Source of the DNA: Squalus acanthias
Taxonomy: Eukaryota
Assembly: GCA_030390025.1 (NCBI GenBank)
Contig: JASTWF010000351.1
Coordinates: 1-64,000 of the forward strand
DNA: 64,000 bases
Direction of reading: 5' to 3'
Shown: positions 49,606 through 62,149 of the stretch, one piece after another
Position numbering within the stretch: the stretch's first letter is position 1
Layout of the letters: each line of letters starts with the position of its first letter
The notes under the pieces: model-generated
The model's database searches: none
Told to the model about the DNA's origin: nothing
What the model saw: the letters and a program-made list of their open reading frames with translations, nothing else
Translations under genes and position numbers: made by a program

Positions 49606-51238
49606 AACAACAACAACTTGTATCTATATCACGCCTTTAACGTACTAAAATGTCCCAAAACGCTGCACAGGAGTATTTTAAACAACAAATTTGACACCGA
49701 TCCACATAAGGATAAATTAGGGCAGGTGACCAAAAGCTTGGTCAAAGAGGTAGGTTTTAAGGAGCGTCTTAAAGGAGGAAAGAGAGGCAGAGAGGTTTAG
49801 GGAGGGAATTCCAGAGCTTAGGGCCTAGGCAACAGAAGGCACGGCCACCAAAGGTTGAGCGATTATAATCAGGGATGCTCAAGAGGGCAGAATTAGAGGA
49901 GCGCAGAGATCTCGGGGGGGGTTGCGGGGCTGAAGGAGATTACAGAGATAGGAAGGGGCGAGGCCCTAAACAAGGATGAGAATTTTAAAATCGAGGCACT
50001 GCTGAACCGGGAGCCAATGTAGGTCAGCAAGCACAGGGGTGATGGGTGAACGGGACTTGGTGCGAGTTAGGACACGGGCAGCCGAGTTTTGGATGACCTC
50101 AAGTTTATGTAGGGTTCAATGTGGGAGGCCGGCCAGGAGTGCATTGGAATAGTCAAGTCTAGAGGGAACAAAGGCATGGCTGAGGGTGTCAGCAGCGGAT
50201 GAGCTGAGGCAAGGGCAGAGACGGGCGATGTTACAGAGGTGGAAATAGGTGGTCTTTGTTATGCTGCGGATATGTGGTCGGAAGCTCATTTCAGGGTCAA
50301 ATATGACACCAAGGTTGCAAACAGTGTGGTTCAGCCTCAGACAGATGTTAGGGAGAGGGATGGAGTCGGTGGCTAGGGAACGGAGTTTGTGGCGGGGACC
50401 AAAAATAATGGCTTCGGTCTTCCCAATATTTAATTGGAGAAAATTTCTGCTCATCCAGAACTGTATGTCGGACAAGCAGTCTGACAATTTAGAGACCGTG
50501 GAGGGGTCGAGAAAAGAAGTAGTGAGGGAGAGCTGGGTGTTATCAGCGTACATGTGGAAACTGACGCTGTGTTTTCAGATGATGTCACCAAGGGGCAACA
50601 TGTAGATGAGAAATAGGAGGGGGCCAAGGATAGATCCTTGGGGGACACCAGAGGTAACGATGCGGGAGTGGAAGAGAAGCCATTGCAGGTGATTCTCTGG
50701 CTACGATTAGATAGATAAGAATGGAACCAGGTGAGTGCAGTCCCACCCAGCTGGACGATGGTGGAGAGGTGTTGGAGAAGGATGGAGTGGTCAACCATGT
50801 CAAAGGCTGCAGACAAGTCAAGAAGGAGGGATAGTTTACCTTTGTCACAGTCACAAAGGATGTCATTTGTGACATTGACGAGAGCCATTTCAGTACTGTG
50901 GCAGGAGCAGAAACCTGATTGGAGGGATTCAAACATGGAATTGCGGGAAAGATGGGCACGGATTTGGGAGGCGACAACATGTTCAAGGACTTTGGAGAGG
51001 AAAGGGAGGTTGGAGATAAACTGGTAGTTTGCAAGGACAGAGGGATCAAGGTTTGTTTTTTGAGGAGAGGGGTGATGACGGCAGATTTAAGTGAGAGGGA
51101 ACAGTACCTGAGGAGAGAGAACCGTTAACAATATCAGCTAAAATGGGAGCCAGAAAAGGAAGTTGGGTGGTCAGCAGTTTGGTGGGAATAGGGTCGAGGG
51201 AGCAGGAGGTAGGTCTCATAGACAAGATGAGCGCAGAG
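49606..51238 (-). mobile_element. L2 LINE, 5'-truncated
   Basis: QSGF, LLDLSAAFD, YADNTQL and SRLDYSNALL motifs; (ttg)n 3' tail at 49606-49618. Confidence 0.9.
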
Positions 51239-51239
51239 A

Positions 51240-51805
51240 GGTCATAGAGTCATACAGCACAGAAAGAGGCCCTTCGGCCCATCGTGTCCGCGCCGGCCAT
51301 CAAGCCCTGTCTATTCTAATCCCATTTTCCAGCACTTGGTCCGTAGCCTTGTATGCTATGGCGTTTCAAGTGTTCATCTAAATGCTTCTTGAATGTTGTG
51401 AGGGTTCCTGCCTCCACCACCCTTTCAGGCAGTGAGTTCCAGATTCCAACCAGCCTCTGGGTGAAAAAGTTTTTCCTCAAATCCCCTCTAAACCTCCTGC
51501 CCCTTACCTTGAAACTATGCCCCCTGGTTATTGACCCCTCTACTAAGGGGAAAAGTTCCTTTCTATCTACCCTAACTATGCCCCTCATAATTTTGTACAC
51601 CTCAATCAGGTCCCCCCTCAGCCTTCTCTGCTCTAAGGAAAACCACCCCAGCCTGTCCAGTCTCTCTTCATAGCTGAAGCGCTCCAGCCCAGGTAACATC
51701 CTGGTGAATCTCCTCTGCACCCTCTCCAATGCAATCACATCCTTCCTATAGTGTGACGTATATAGTATTCCAGCTGTGGCCCAACTAGCGTTTTGTACAG
51801 CTCCA
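51240..51805 (-). mobile_element. CR1 3' fragment
   Basis: LERVQRRFTRM...GYGPSAGKWD*; (ctctatga) tail. Confidence 0.9.
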
Positions 51806-52772
51806 TGCGAGTCAGCAGAGAGTGCTGTGAGTTTGGCTGCCTCATCAGCCAGCAGAAGGAGAGTGAGGAGAGCAGCAGCAGCAGAGTGGTGGTCTCATTG
51901 ACCAGGGAGAGGAGGAGGAACCAGACTGCAGACCACCACCAACACAACCACTACAACTGAGGTGCCTGGAGAGAGAGGACAGGAGAGGAGAAGGAGATCA
52001 ACATCAGAGGAGGAGAGGCCTTTCCATACTGCCTCCCCAATTGGCCTCCATTTTAGGAGAGGGAGAGAGTGGAGAAAACAGCACTACAACCATCATCTGT
52101 TTGGAAGGAGGGAGGAAGAAACTTCGACTTCATCTACAGGTGGGTGTTATTTTGGTGCACTCAACCAGAGACTTTGTTTTGTAGGTGGGGGGAGGAAAGA
52201 AGAATAGAAGAAGGCCGGAACATCCAAGGGGTGTGTGTGGCTTTTGTTAAAACTAGGCCGCACACACCATACTAAACACCCCTTCGCATTGCCTGAACTG
52301 GGACAGCTGGAGCTGCCTTGGTGAAGTCCCCCAATTAAATTAATCTTATTGGGGCATCGTTAAGACCTGGTGCAGGACTGAGCCTGGGCATCTCCAGCTT
52401 TCCCAGGTGAAGACATCTTCTCCCCCCACCAGAAGACCACCGAAAAGGACTTTAATTTACATCGGAGAGTGCACACCCTGCCAACACCCACCATCCTGAG
52501 TGGCGACCCTGCCCTTGCGGCTTCCCTCTCTCTCTTTGTCTCTTGTCTCTCTCTGCCTCTCTCTCTAAGAGGCACCTCATTTTACTTTTTAATTAATTAC
52601 CCATTGAGCAGAGGGGAGAAGGCCCCTCTCCTAATCCAATCAAATAAAGGGAGAGGTGTGCCTTCAATTTAACAGCTCCCTCTGCTCAGGGGAAAAAAAA
52701 AACACACCGAGGCCATTAACACCTTCAGGCCTGTGACTTGGGGTGAGTGTAGCCCTTAAAGACCCACCCATT

Positions 52773-54902
52773 ATGGCGACCACATCTTCGTCGGTGGCGA
52801 GGACAGCGAGGACCTACGCGAGCGTGGCAGCCGCGGCCACGGCCACAGCCACGGGTCCTCCTGTTACCCCGTCACCTTTTTCACTCCTTACGAGGAAGAA
52901 TGGGGTCAAGAGCTACACTCACCCCAACATGACGATAGAGGAGTGCGTGAAAGCCATGGCTGGGGTTGTCGGCCCTTCAGCCATCGTCGCCGCCTCTAAA
53001 ATGTACGGTAAGGCTGTGTTCTTCCTGGGGTCGGAGCGGGCGGTGTCCCTGGCCATCGAGAAGGGGCTCACCGTGGGCGGGACCTTCCTGCCGGTGGACC
53101 CCCTCGAGGCCACCGCGCAGAGGATCGTTATTTCCAATGTCCCGCCCTTTGTTCCGGGTGAGCTCCTCCTCCCCCACCTACGTCAACTGGGGGAGGTGAG
53201 GTTGGGGATCACACCCATCCCGCTCGGCTTCCGGGAAGCCAGCCTCCGGCACGTCTTCTCCTTCCGGCGCCAGCTTTTCGTCCGGCTGGCGCGGGAGGAG
53301 GACACGGACGGCGCGTTCACGGTGCTCCACGGGGGGACCGCCCATCGCGTCTTCTGGACCTCGGACGGCGTGCGGTGCTACGCCTGTAAGGAGGTGGGGC
53401 ACGCCCGGAAAAATTGCCCCGCCTCCAAGGCCGCCACGACATCCAGTGCGGCCAAGGCTGGCGCCGCCGCCGCCCCCCCCTCCCCCTGATACTGTCTGCG
53501 CATCAAGGACAACAGATGCGCGGTCGACGTCGGGGGCCAACACCATCACGGCCTCCGGCAGGGGGGAGGGAGAGCGTCCGAGGGGAAGGAAGGCGCTGAA
53601 AAAGACAAAACACCTCAGGGTGGGTGCCCTCGTGGAGGACACCACCGAACTACCAGAACTCACGCCCGCGCTCCTCGCGGAGTTGACGGGGACGCGCAAG
53701 GCTGGGGAGGGCCTCGTGCCCGTGACCGCAACTGCCGAGGCAGATAAATCAAGACCTGCGGCCGGGCTCGGGCCCGAGGGGCCCAAGGAACCCAGTCATC
53801 GGGAGGGGACGGAGAGGGAGGCCCCGGCAGACATGGAGGCCTCCCCCTCTCTGGGCCCCAACACGTTAAAAAGGAGGCACGACCCCCAGGAGGAGGACTG
53901 CGAGGAGGAAGGTCCCTCCGCACAAGGGGAGTCGTCGCCCGCCGCGGGTGCTGCGCCCCACCCCACCACCGTCACCATCGCGCGCGATCGGCAGGGGTCT
54001 CCTGTCCCTCGGGAGGGTGAGACAGACAAGTCTGTCCGGCCTGTGCCTCCCGGGGATGGGGAAGAGACCCTGCCCGTGGGGGGGACCGTGGAACAACCCG
54101 CGGAAATTAATATTAATAATAAAGAGATGCCAGAACCGTTGCTCCTTGCCGGGTCGGGTGTCCTGGGGACTGGGGCGGGCGAGGCCAAGAGGCCGAAGCT
54201 GAGCCCGCCCACTACGACCCAGACATCTCCCAGGGACTGCTCGACCTGGTGGAGGAATGCAATAATCCCCAGCCCGCTGGGTCGGAGGTTGGTGGCGGGG
54301 AGACAGAAAGCCCCCTGACTCCGTCTCTGATGTTGGCGCCGGACGTGCTGGAGCAATTGGGAAGAGTTTTCTCCCCGGTTTCTCCGGTCGCCCCGGCGCC
54401 TGAGGCAGAGGGGGGCCCCGAACCGCCGCCGCCTCCCGGCCCGGCGCCCCTGAAGGAGCCCAGGGAGGACTCCTCTGCCACCGATCCTGGGGGTGGGACC
54501 ATGACAGAGGCGGGGCCGGCCGGTGCGGCCGAGCCGTTCGCTGCACCCCGTGCGACGGATGGGTCGGCCGCCGGTGACGACCTCCCGGAGGAGGACGGGG
54601 ACTCGGTGTTGGGCACCGAGGATGATTTGGAGTCCATCGGAAGCGAGACGGTGGACGCCCTCGTGCCCCTCACCGACTCTCCCCTCATCCCCGTAGGGAA
54701 ACTCTGGGATTTAATGGCCAAGTGCCGGGGTCGTCATAATCAGATCCGGCTGGCCCTCGACAAGTGGTCGGAGCTGGCACTGCTCGTCGGGTCCGTCCAC
54801 GCCGCCGTTAAAATCATGGGCGCGGACAAGGACGTAAGCCGGCCCGAGCTGAGTCAGCTCAGGATGTTCCACACTGGGCTGCTGAGGGAGTGGCGGTCGT
54901 GA
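52773..54902 (+). pseudogene. Tx1 ORF1 (two frameshifts)
   Basis: AASKMYGKAVFFL, ISNVPPF, HVFSFRRQ and CYACKEVGHARKNC; low-complexity C-terminal half. Confidence 0.85.
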
Positions 54903-54959
54903 GTGACCGCGCTCTCCCCCCCTCCCCCCGTTAGGTAGAGGTTGCACTATGCTTCTGAG

Positions 54960-57900
54960 ATGAAGATAACCATAGCCAGCCTTAACATCAACGGCAGGAG
55001 GGAGGCGCGCCGTAGATTCAATAACTTCTCGGTCCTTCGGGACGGGAAATATGCGGTGTGCTTCCTGCAAGAAACCCACACCGTTCTGGGAGAAGAGGCC
55101 ACGTGGCTCCTGGAATGGTAAGGAGGGGTCAGCATGAGTCACCTCTCCAACAATTCCTGCGGGGTGGCCGTCTTGCTGGCCCCACATTTTCAGCCGGAGA
55201 TCTTGAGGGCCAAGGAGCACGTGCCGGGCCGCTTGCTCCAGGTCACTGTTCGCCTGGGAGGCGTGCCGCTCCATTTAGTGAACGTGTACGCCCCCCAGAC
55301 CGGTGCGCAGCAAGTGCGCTTCTTCGGAGAAGTGTCCGCTCTTCTGGGCTCCATCGACGTGGGCGAGTGCGTCATCCTCGGGGGGGATTTCAATTGTACC
55401 CTCGAGGCACGGGACCGGTCGGGTCCCCCGCGAAGCCCGGAGGCGATGGAGAAGTTGCAGGACCTGGTCGGGTCCTTCGACTTGGTGGACGTCTGGCGAA
55501 ATCTCCATCCCGACTCCAGCGCCTTCACGAGCGTGAGGTCTGGAGGAGGAAGGTCCAGAATCGACCGCCTTTACATTTCCCGGGCGTACGTCTCCTGCGT
55601 TCCGGCGGCTTACATGCGGCCGGTGCCGTGAACGGACCACCACCTGGTGTGGGCGGAGCTCGCTCCGTTGCGCGCGCGGGGGGGGGTCCGCGTACTGGCA
55701 TTTTAACAACCTGCTGCTGGAGGACGCGCGGTTCCGGGATTCGTTTCGCCGGTTCTGGGCCGACTGGAGAAGGAAGCGGGGAGGCTTCCCCTCCTTGAGG
55801 CTATGGTGGGACGTGGGCAAGGCTCACGTCCGCGTCTTCTGTCAGGAGTACGCGAAGGGGTCGACCAAGAGGCGGGAGGCCCGGGTCGGGCGATTGGAGA
55901 AAGAAGTGCTCGACCTGGAGTCCCGTCTCGGTCAAGTCGTCGAAGACCCGGCCCTGCGGAAGGTGTACGAAGAGAAGAAGGGCGCGCTGAAGGACCTGCA
56001 GCTGGTTGGGTCCCGAGGCGCGTACGTGAGGTCGCGGATCCAGTTCCTGCGGGACCTGGACCGCGGCTCCCCCTTCTTCTACTCGCTGGAAAAAAGACGG
56101 GGGGTCCGTAAGCAGCTCTTGGGGCTGCTGGCCGACGACGGATCACTGGTCTCGGATCCGGAGGGCATCAGCGCAGAGGCCCGGGCCTATTACGGGGCTC
56201 TGTTCTCTTCGGATCCGTCCAGCGAGGATGCGCGCAGAGTTTTGTGGGAGGACCTGCCGAAGGTCGGCCCGGAGGTCGCCGAGAATTTAGAAGCTCCGCT
56301 AAGCCTGGCGGAGCTGACCGGCGCCCTGCGCCAGCTCTCGAGGGGCAAGTCCCCGGGGCTGGACGGGCTGACCGTGGAGTTCCACAGGGCGTTCTGGGAC
56401 ATCTTGGGGGACGACTACGCGCGGGTCCTGGGGGAAAGTCTGGCGACCGGGGAGATGCCCCTCTCTTGGCGCAGGGCGGTCATCGTCCTGCTGCCCAAGA
56501 AGGGCGATCTCCGCCTTCTTAAGAACTGGCGCCCGGTCTCCCTCCTCAGCACGGACTACAAAATTTTCGCCAGGGCTATGTCTGCTCGCCTTGGCACCGT
56601 GCTGGCCCACATGATCCACCCCGACCAGTCCTACACGGTCCCGGGCCTGTCAATCCACGACAACATCCACCTGGTCCGGGACCTGGTACACCATTCCCAG
56701 AGGGCTGGTCTGTCGGTCGCCTTCCTTTCCCTGGATCAGAAGAAGGCGTTTGACAGGGTGGATCACGAGTATCTTTTCGGGACTCTGCGCGCATTCGGGT
56801 TCGGGACGCATTTCGTCGCCCGGATCCGACTTCTGTACGCCGCCGCGGAGTGTCTGATTAAAGTTAACGGGTCTTTGACGGCGCCCCTTCGCTTCGGGAG
56901 GGGGGTGCGTCAGGGATGCCCCATGTCCGGTCAGTTATACGCCGTTTGCGTGGAGCCTTTCCTGCGCCTCTTGCGGAAGAGGTTGCCGGGACTGGCTCTG
57001 CAAGGGCCGGGCGTGGAGGTGGTCCTCTCGGCTTACGCCGATGACGTGCTCCTCGCGGTCACGGATTCCGTCGACTTGCGGAGGATGCGAGATTACCAGC
57101 AGATTTACTCGGACGCATCCTCCGCCAAGATCAACTGGGAGAAATGTTCTGGACTCCTGGTGGGCCCATGGCAGGTGGACTCCCTGCCGGAGGAGTTCAG
57201 GCCCTTCGCCTGGAGCACAACGCACCTCCTCTACCTGGGAGTCTACCTCAGCCCGGCCGAGGACGCCTGGCCGGCGAACTGGCAAGAGCTGGAGGCCAAA
57301 GTCACCGCTCGCCTAGGGCGCTGGACGGGACTGCTCAGAGTGTTGTCCTACAGGGGTCGAGCGCTGGTCATAAACCAGCTGGTGGCCGCCATGTTGTGGT
57401 ACCGGTTGGTCACTTTGATCCCTCCTCCTGCGTTTGTCGCGAAGATGCAGAAGAAGCTCGTCGACTTCTTCTGGGACAAAAGGAAGCACTGGGTCTCTGC
57501 CGCGGTTCTGAGTCTCCTGCTTAGGGAGAGCGGTCAGGCGCTGGTGTGCCTTCGCACCCAGGCGGCGACTTTCCGTCTTCAGACGCTGCAGAGATACCTA
57601 TACGTGGAGAATCCTCCTAGGTGGCGTGCGCTGGCGACGTATTTCTTCCGCCAGCTGTACGGCCTCAATTACGACACGCAGCTCCTGTTTGTGAGAGTGG
57701 GCGGCACGCGTGCCAGCCTGCGGGAGCTGCCTGTCTTCTACCAGGAACTGCTATGGGTTTGGAACAGAGTCGCCTCCAGGCGCAGTTCTCCCCCGTCAGG
57801 AGCGGCGGCCGTCCTTCGGGAGCCGCTGCTCAGGAATCCGCACCTCCTCGACCGCGGGTTCGGTAGGCTGGCGGAGGGCTGGGCTGTACCCGGTAAGGTG

Positions 57901-58859
57901 ACTAGAGTCGGGACCTGCTCGATGGCGGAGGAGCGGGCTGGATGGCGCCGGAGGAGTTGGCGAGGCGCATGGGTTGGATCAACGTCCGGCTCGCGGTCAA
58001 AGCCATCGAGTCGCTAAAAGTGGCATTGGGCCCCGACTCCACTAGGTGTATCGAGGAGGCTCAAGCACGTGGGGCGATCCCGTCCGAGCTGACCCCCGTT
58101 CGGACGGAATTCCTTATCGGCGCCCGGCCCCGAATCCTCCCTCGAGAGCCGTCGCCTCACCACTTGAGCCTTCTCGGAGAAATGCCCTCCGTGCCCTTTC
58201 AACCCGCACGGAGGCGTTTCCTGTACGGGCTGCTCCTTCACACTCTCCACTTTGCCATCTTCGTCTGCCGTCCGGACACGCCTTGGCGTACCATCTTGCC
58301 GTCCGGCGGAGGCGAAGGTCCCCAATGGAGGGCTCTCTACGCGGGTGTCTTCCCTTGTTCTATTGGGGACTTGGCCTGGAGGGTGTTGCACGGAGCAGTC
58401 CCGTGCAATAGGTTATTAAGTAGGTTTACGGACTCCCAGGCCGCTTGCCATTTCTGCGGCCTGGAGGAGTCCGTATTTCACGTATATATAGAGTGTGAGA
58501 GGTTGCAGCCCCTCTTTCATTACCTGAAGAGGCTGCTCCTCAATTTCTGGTTGCACTTCAGCCCCACGCTCCTGATCTACGGTCACCCGGTTCGGAGCGG
58601 AGTGGGCAGGTCGGAGGACCTCCTCGTGGGACTGCTCCTGGGCCTGGCTAAGAAAGCCATTAATTGGTCCAGGCAGCGGGCGGTCGAGGGGGTCGTTCGG
58701 CCCGATTGCCTGCCTCTCTTCCGCGGCCATGTTCGCGCCCGGGTGGCCCTGGAGATGGAGCACGCGGTGTCCGCCGGCACGCTTGAGTTTTTCCGCGACC
58801 GGTGGGCGCCGCGGGGGCTGGAGTGCATCGTCACCCCGGACTACCAAATTTTAATTTGA
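54960..58859 (+). pseudogene. Tx1 ORF2 (APE-RT-CCHC) with 2 stops and 2 frameshifts
   Basis: MKITIASLNING, LQETH, GGDFN, KSPGLDG, RQGCPMSG, YADD and CHFCGLEESVFHVYIEC. Confidence 0.9.
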
Positions 58860-58999
58860 TTTGTTAAGTTTCCTTTAAAGTTTTATTTAGTTACAGATAA
58901 TTGATTGGTTTGATCAAAAGAGGAAGAGTAAAACAAGGTTACACTGCAGTAGGTGTAAATTGGCACAGCAGGCAGTGGAAACCAGTTTTCTAACCAAAC

Positions 59000-59090
59000 A
59001 GCAGGTGTGACTCATTTGGCTGTAAACAAACAAACAGTATAAAAAGACCAGTGCTCGTGTGAGTCAGCAGAGTGCTGTGAGTTTGGGTGC
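59000..59090 (+). promoter_or_regulatory. TATA-containing promoter-like cluster
   Basis: E-box caggtg, AP-1 tgactca, FOX-like tgtaaacaaaca and tataaaa at 59038, followed by a copy of the Tx1 5'-terminal sequence. Confidence 0.5.
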
Positions 59091-62000
59091 TCTTTTCAAA
59101 CTTTAACTCTGTGGGTTGTAGTTAATAAGGCCTTTCTGGTGGAGAGTGACTGTTGGTAAACCATTTAACTGGTGTAACTTAGAGGGATTAATTTAATTTA
59201 AATCCAATTAATTAGAGGGGATACTAGCATCTATAATCGGGCAGAGAGTGTCCATAACTAACAATAAAAAATGTAATTAATTACATAGAATGGAGCAGGT
59301 GATGTGTTACTGTTGCGAGATGTGGGAGCTGGTGGACCCCATTGAGGCTCACGGTGATTACATCTGTGACAAGTGTCTGCTGCTACAGGAACTCCAGCTC
59401 CGTGTTGATGAGCTGGAGTCTGAGCTTCAGACACTGTGACACATCAGGGAGGGGGAGAAGTACCTGGACTCTGTTTCAGGAGGTGGTCACACCTATGAAG
59501 TTAATTAATTCAGATGTAGCCCATGGTCAGGGACAGGACGGTGTGACTACGAGTGAGGCAGGTACGGGGATCCAGGAGGTAGTGTTGGAGGAGCCGCAGC
59601 CCTTGCTCTTGTCCAACAGGTTCGAGGTTCTTACTCGCTGTGGGGACAGGTGCAGGGACTGCAGGAAGGATGAGCAACCTGGCCACAGCACTGTGGAATG
59701 GGGGGCCATTCAAGAGGGGGAGAAATAGAAATGTTGTAGTGGTAGGGGATAGTATTATTAGGGGGATAGATAGAGTTCTCTGCAGCTGAGAGCGAGAGTC
59801 CCGTAGGCTGTGTTGCCTGCCCGGTGCCAGGGTTAAGGACATCTCCTCTGGGCTGGAAAGAAACTTGCAGTGGGAGGGGGTGGAGCCAGTTGTCGTGGTC
59901 TATGTTGGTACAAACAACGTAGATCGGACAAGGAAGCCGGTTCTGTTAAAGGAGTATGAGCAGCTAGGGGTCAAATTAAAAAACAGAACCTCAAGGGTAA
60001 TAATCTCTGGATTATTACCTGAGCCACGAGCGAATTTGGCTAGGACAAATAAAATTAGAGAGTTAAATGAGTGGCTCAAAGACTGGTGTGGGAAAAATGG
60101 GTTTTGCTTCCTGGGACACTGGCACCAGTACTGGGGCAGGAGGGAGCTGTTCCGTTGGGATGGGCTTCACTTGGCCAGCGCTGGGACTAGAGTCCTGGCG
60201 GATCATATAACTAGGGCTGTCGAGAGGGCTTTAAACTAACTAGTCGGGGGGAGGTTCCTAGAGAGCAAATAATAAAAATGACAACAGAGAAGGTGATAGA
60301 CTTAGGTAGCAGTGGGGAAATTAAAAAAGAGTGTGTCAGGAAGGGGCAGAAGGTATGGAGTAAAAGGTAAAGTAATAAAAAGGGCAAAAGCAGGAACTAA
60401 GTGTCACAAAACATATTTGAAAGTTCTCTATCTGAATGCACGTAGCATTCGTAATAAAATAGACGAGTTAATGGCACAAATAACTACATATGGGTATGAT
60501 CTTGTGGCCATTACAGAAACATGGCTGCAGGGTGACAATGCCTGGGAATTAAACATACCAGGTTATTTAACGATCAGGAAGGACAGGCAGGAAGGAAAGG
60601 GAGGTGGGGTGGCTATGTTAATAAAGGAAGGAATCACTGTAATGCAGAGAAATGATATTGGGTCAAAAGATCAGGATAATGAAACAGTTTGGGTGGAGAT
60701 AAGGAATAATAAGGGGGAAAAAACACTAGTGGGCGTAGTCTATAGGCCTCCGAACAGTTGCAACTCTGTTGGACGGAGTATCAATCAGGAAATAGTTGAG
60801 GCTTGTAATAAGGGAACATCTATAATTATGGGGGATTTTAACTATCATATTAATTGGACAAATCAAATTGGGCAGGGCTGCCTTGAGGATGAGTTCATTG
60901 AGTGTATTAGGGATGGGTTTCTTGAGCAGTATGTAACTGAACCGCCCAGGGGGCAAGCAACCTTAGATCTAGTCCTATGTAATGAGACAGGATTAATTAA
61001 AAATGTCCTAGTAAAGGATCCCCTTGGAGTGAGTGACCATAACATGGTTGAATTCCATATTCAATTAGAGGGTGAGAAGGTTGGATCTCAAACAAGCGTG
61101 CTAAGCTTGAATAAAGGAGACTATGAAGGTATGTGAGCGGAATTGAGTAGAGTGGATTGGGAAAATAGATTAAAGGGTAAGACGATACATGATCAGTGGT
61201 GTACATTCAAGGAGTTATTTTACAACTTCCAAAAAATATATATTCCACTGAGTAGAAAAGGGTGTAAAAGAAAAGACAGTCATCCATGGCTAAGTAAAGA
61301 AATTAAGGATAGTATTCGACTAAAAACAAGGGCTTATAAGGTAGCCAAATCTAGTGGGAGGATAGAGGATTGGGAAAACTTTAAAAAACAGCAAAAAATA
61401 ACAAAAAGATTGATTAAGAAAGGGAAGATAGATTATGAAAGTAAATTAGCAAAAAATATAAAAACAGATAGTAAGAGTTTTTATAGTTATTTAAAAAGAA
61501 AAAGGGTGGCTAAAGTAAATGTTGGTCCCTTAGAGGACGAGACCGGGAAATTAATGGTGGGAAATATGGAGATGGCAAATACACTGAATGAATATTTTGT
61601 ATCAGTCTTTACAGTAGAGGACACTAAGAATATCCCAACACTGGACAAACAGGGGGCTATAGGGGGGAGGAGCTAAACACGATCAAAATCACTAAGGAAG
61701 TGGTACTCGGTAAAATAATGGGACTCAAGGCGGATACATCACCTGGACCTGATGGCTTACATCCTAGGGTCTTGAGGGAAGTGGCAGTAGGGATTGTGGA
61801 TGTATTGGTAATAATTTTCCAAAACTCCCTGGACTCAGCAAAGATCCCGGCAGACTGGAAAACTGCTAATGTAACACCCTTATTTAAAAAGGGCAGTAGA
61901 CAGAAGGCTGGAAACTATAGACCGGTTAGCCTAACATCTGTGGTAGGTAAAATTTTGGAGTCCATTATTAAGGAGACAGTAACGGGACATTTGGATAATC

Positions 62001-62149
62001 ATAATTTAATAGTTTATATACTGTGTAATAGATTCCCTCATTGTACCTTTACCTGAAGAAGGGAAAACAGCTCCGAAAGCTCGTAATTTTAAATAAAACT
62101 GTTGGACTATAACCTGGTGTTGTGCGACTTCTCATAATTTAATAGGACA
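59091..62149 (+). mobile_element. CR1 LINE 5' portion (ORF1 from 59290, ORF2 to mid-RT), decayed
   Basis: CYCCEMW, GDSII, VGTNN, DGLHL and RALN*; APE and KTSPGPD-type RT start. Confidence 0.9.
62013..62131 (+). mobile_element. Short hammerhead-containing retroposon, same family as 41908-42096
   Basis: Flanking direct repeat tcataatttaatag (61999-62012, 62132-62145); ttac-CTGAAGA...GAAAGCTC-gtaa; shared tail ctgttggactataacctggtgttgtgcgacttct. Confidence 0.8.

Larger units (their letters stand above)
51806..58922 (+). mobile_element. Full-length Tx1-type (L1-group) non-LTR retrotransposon, CpG-rich, lightly mutated
   Basis: About 1 kb 5'UTR, ORF1 with RRM-like region and CCHC, ORF2 with APE, RT and CCHC. 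The 3' boundary is either about 58922 or about 59090. Confidence 0.9.

Noticed and set aside
52750..58860. CpG-rich block as horizontally acquired or bacterial DNA
   Set aside because: Fully explained by Tx1 ORF1 and ORF2.
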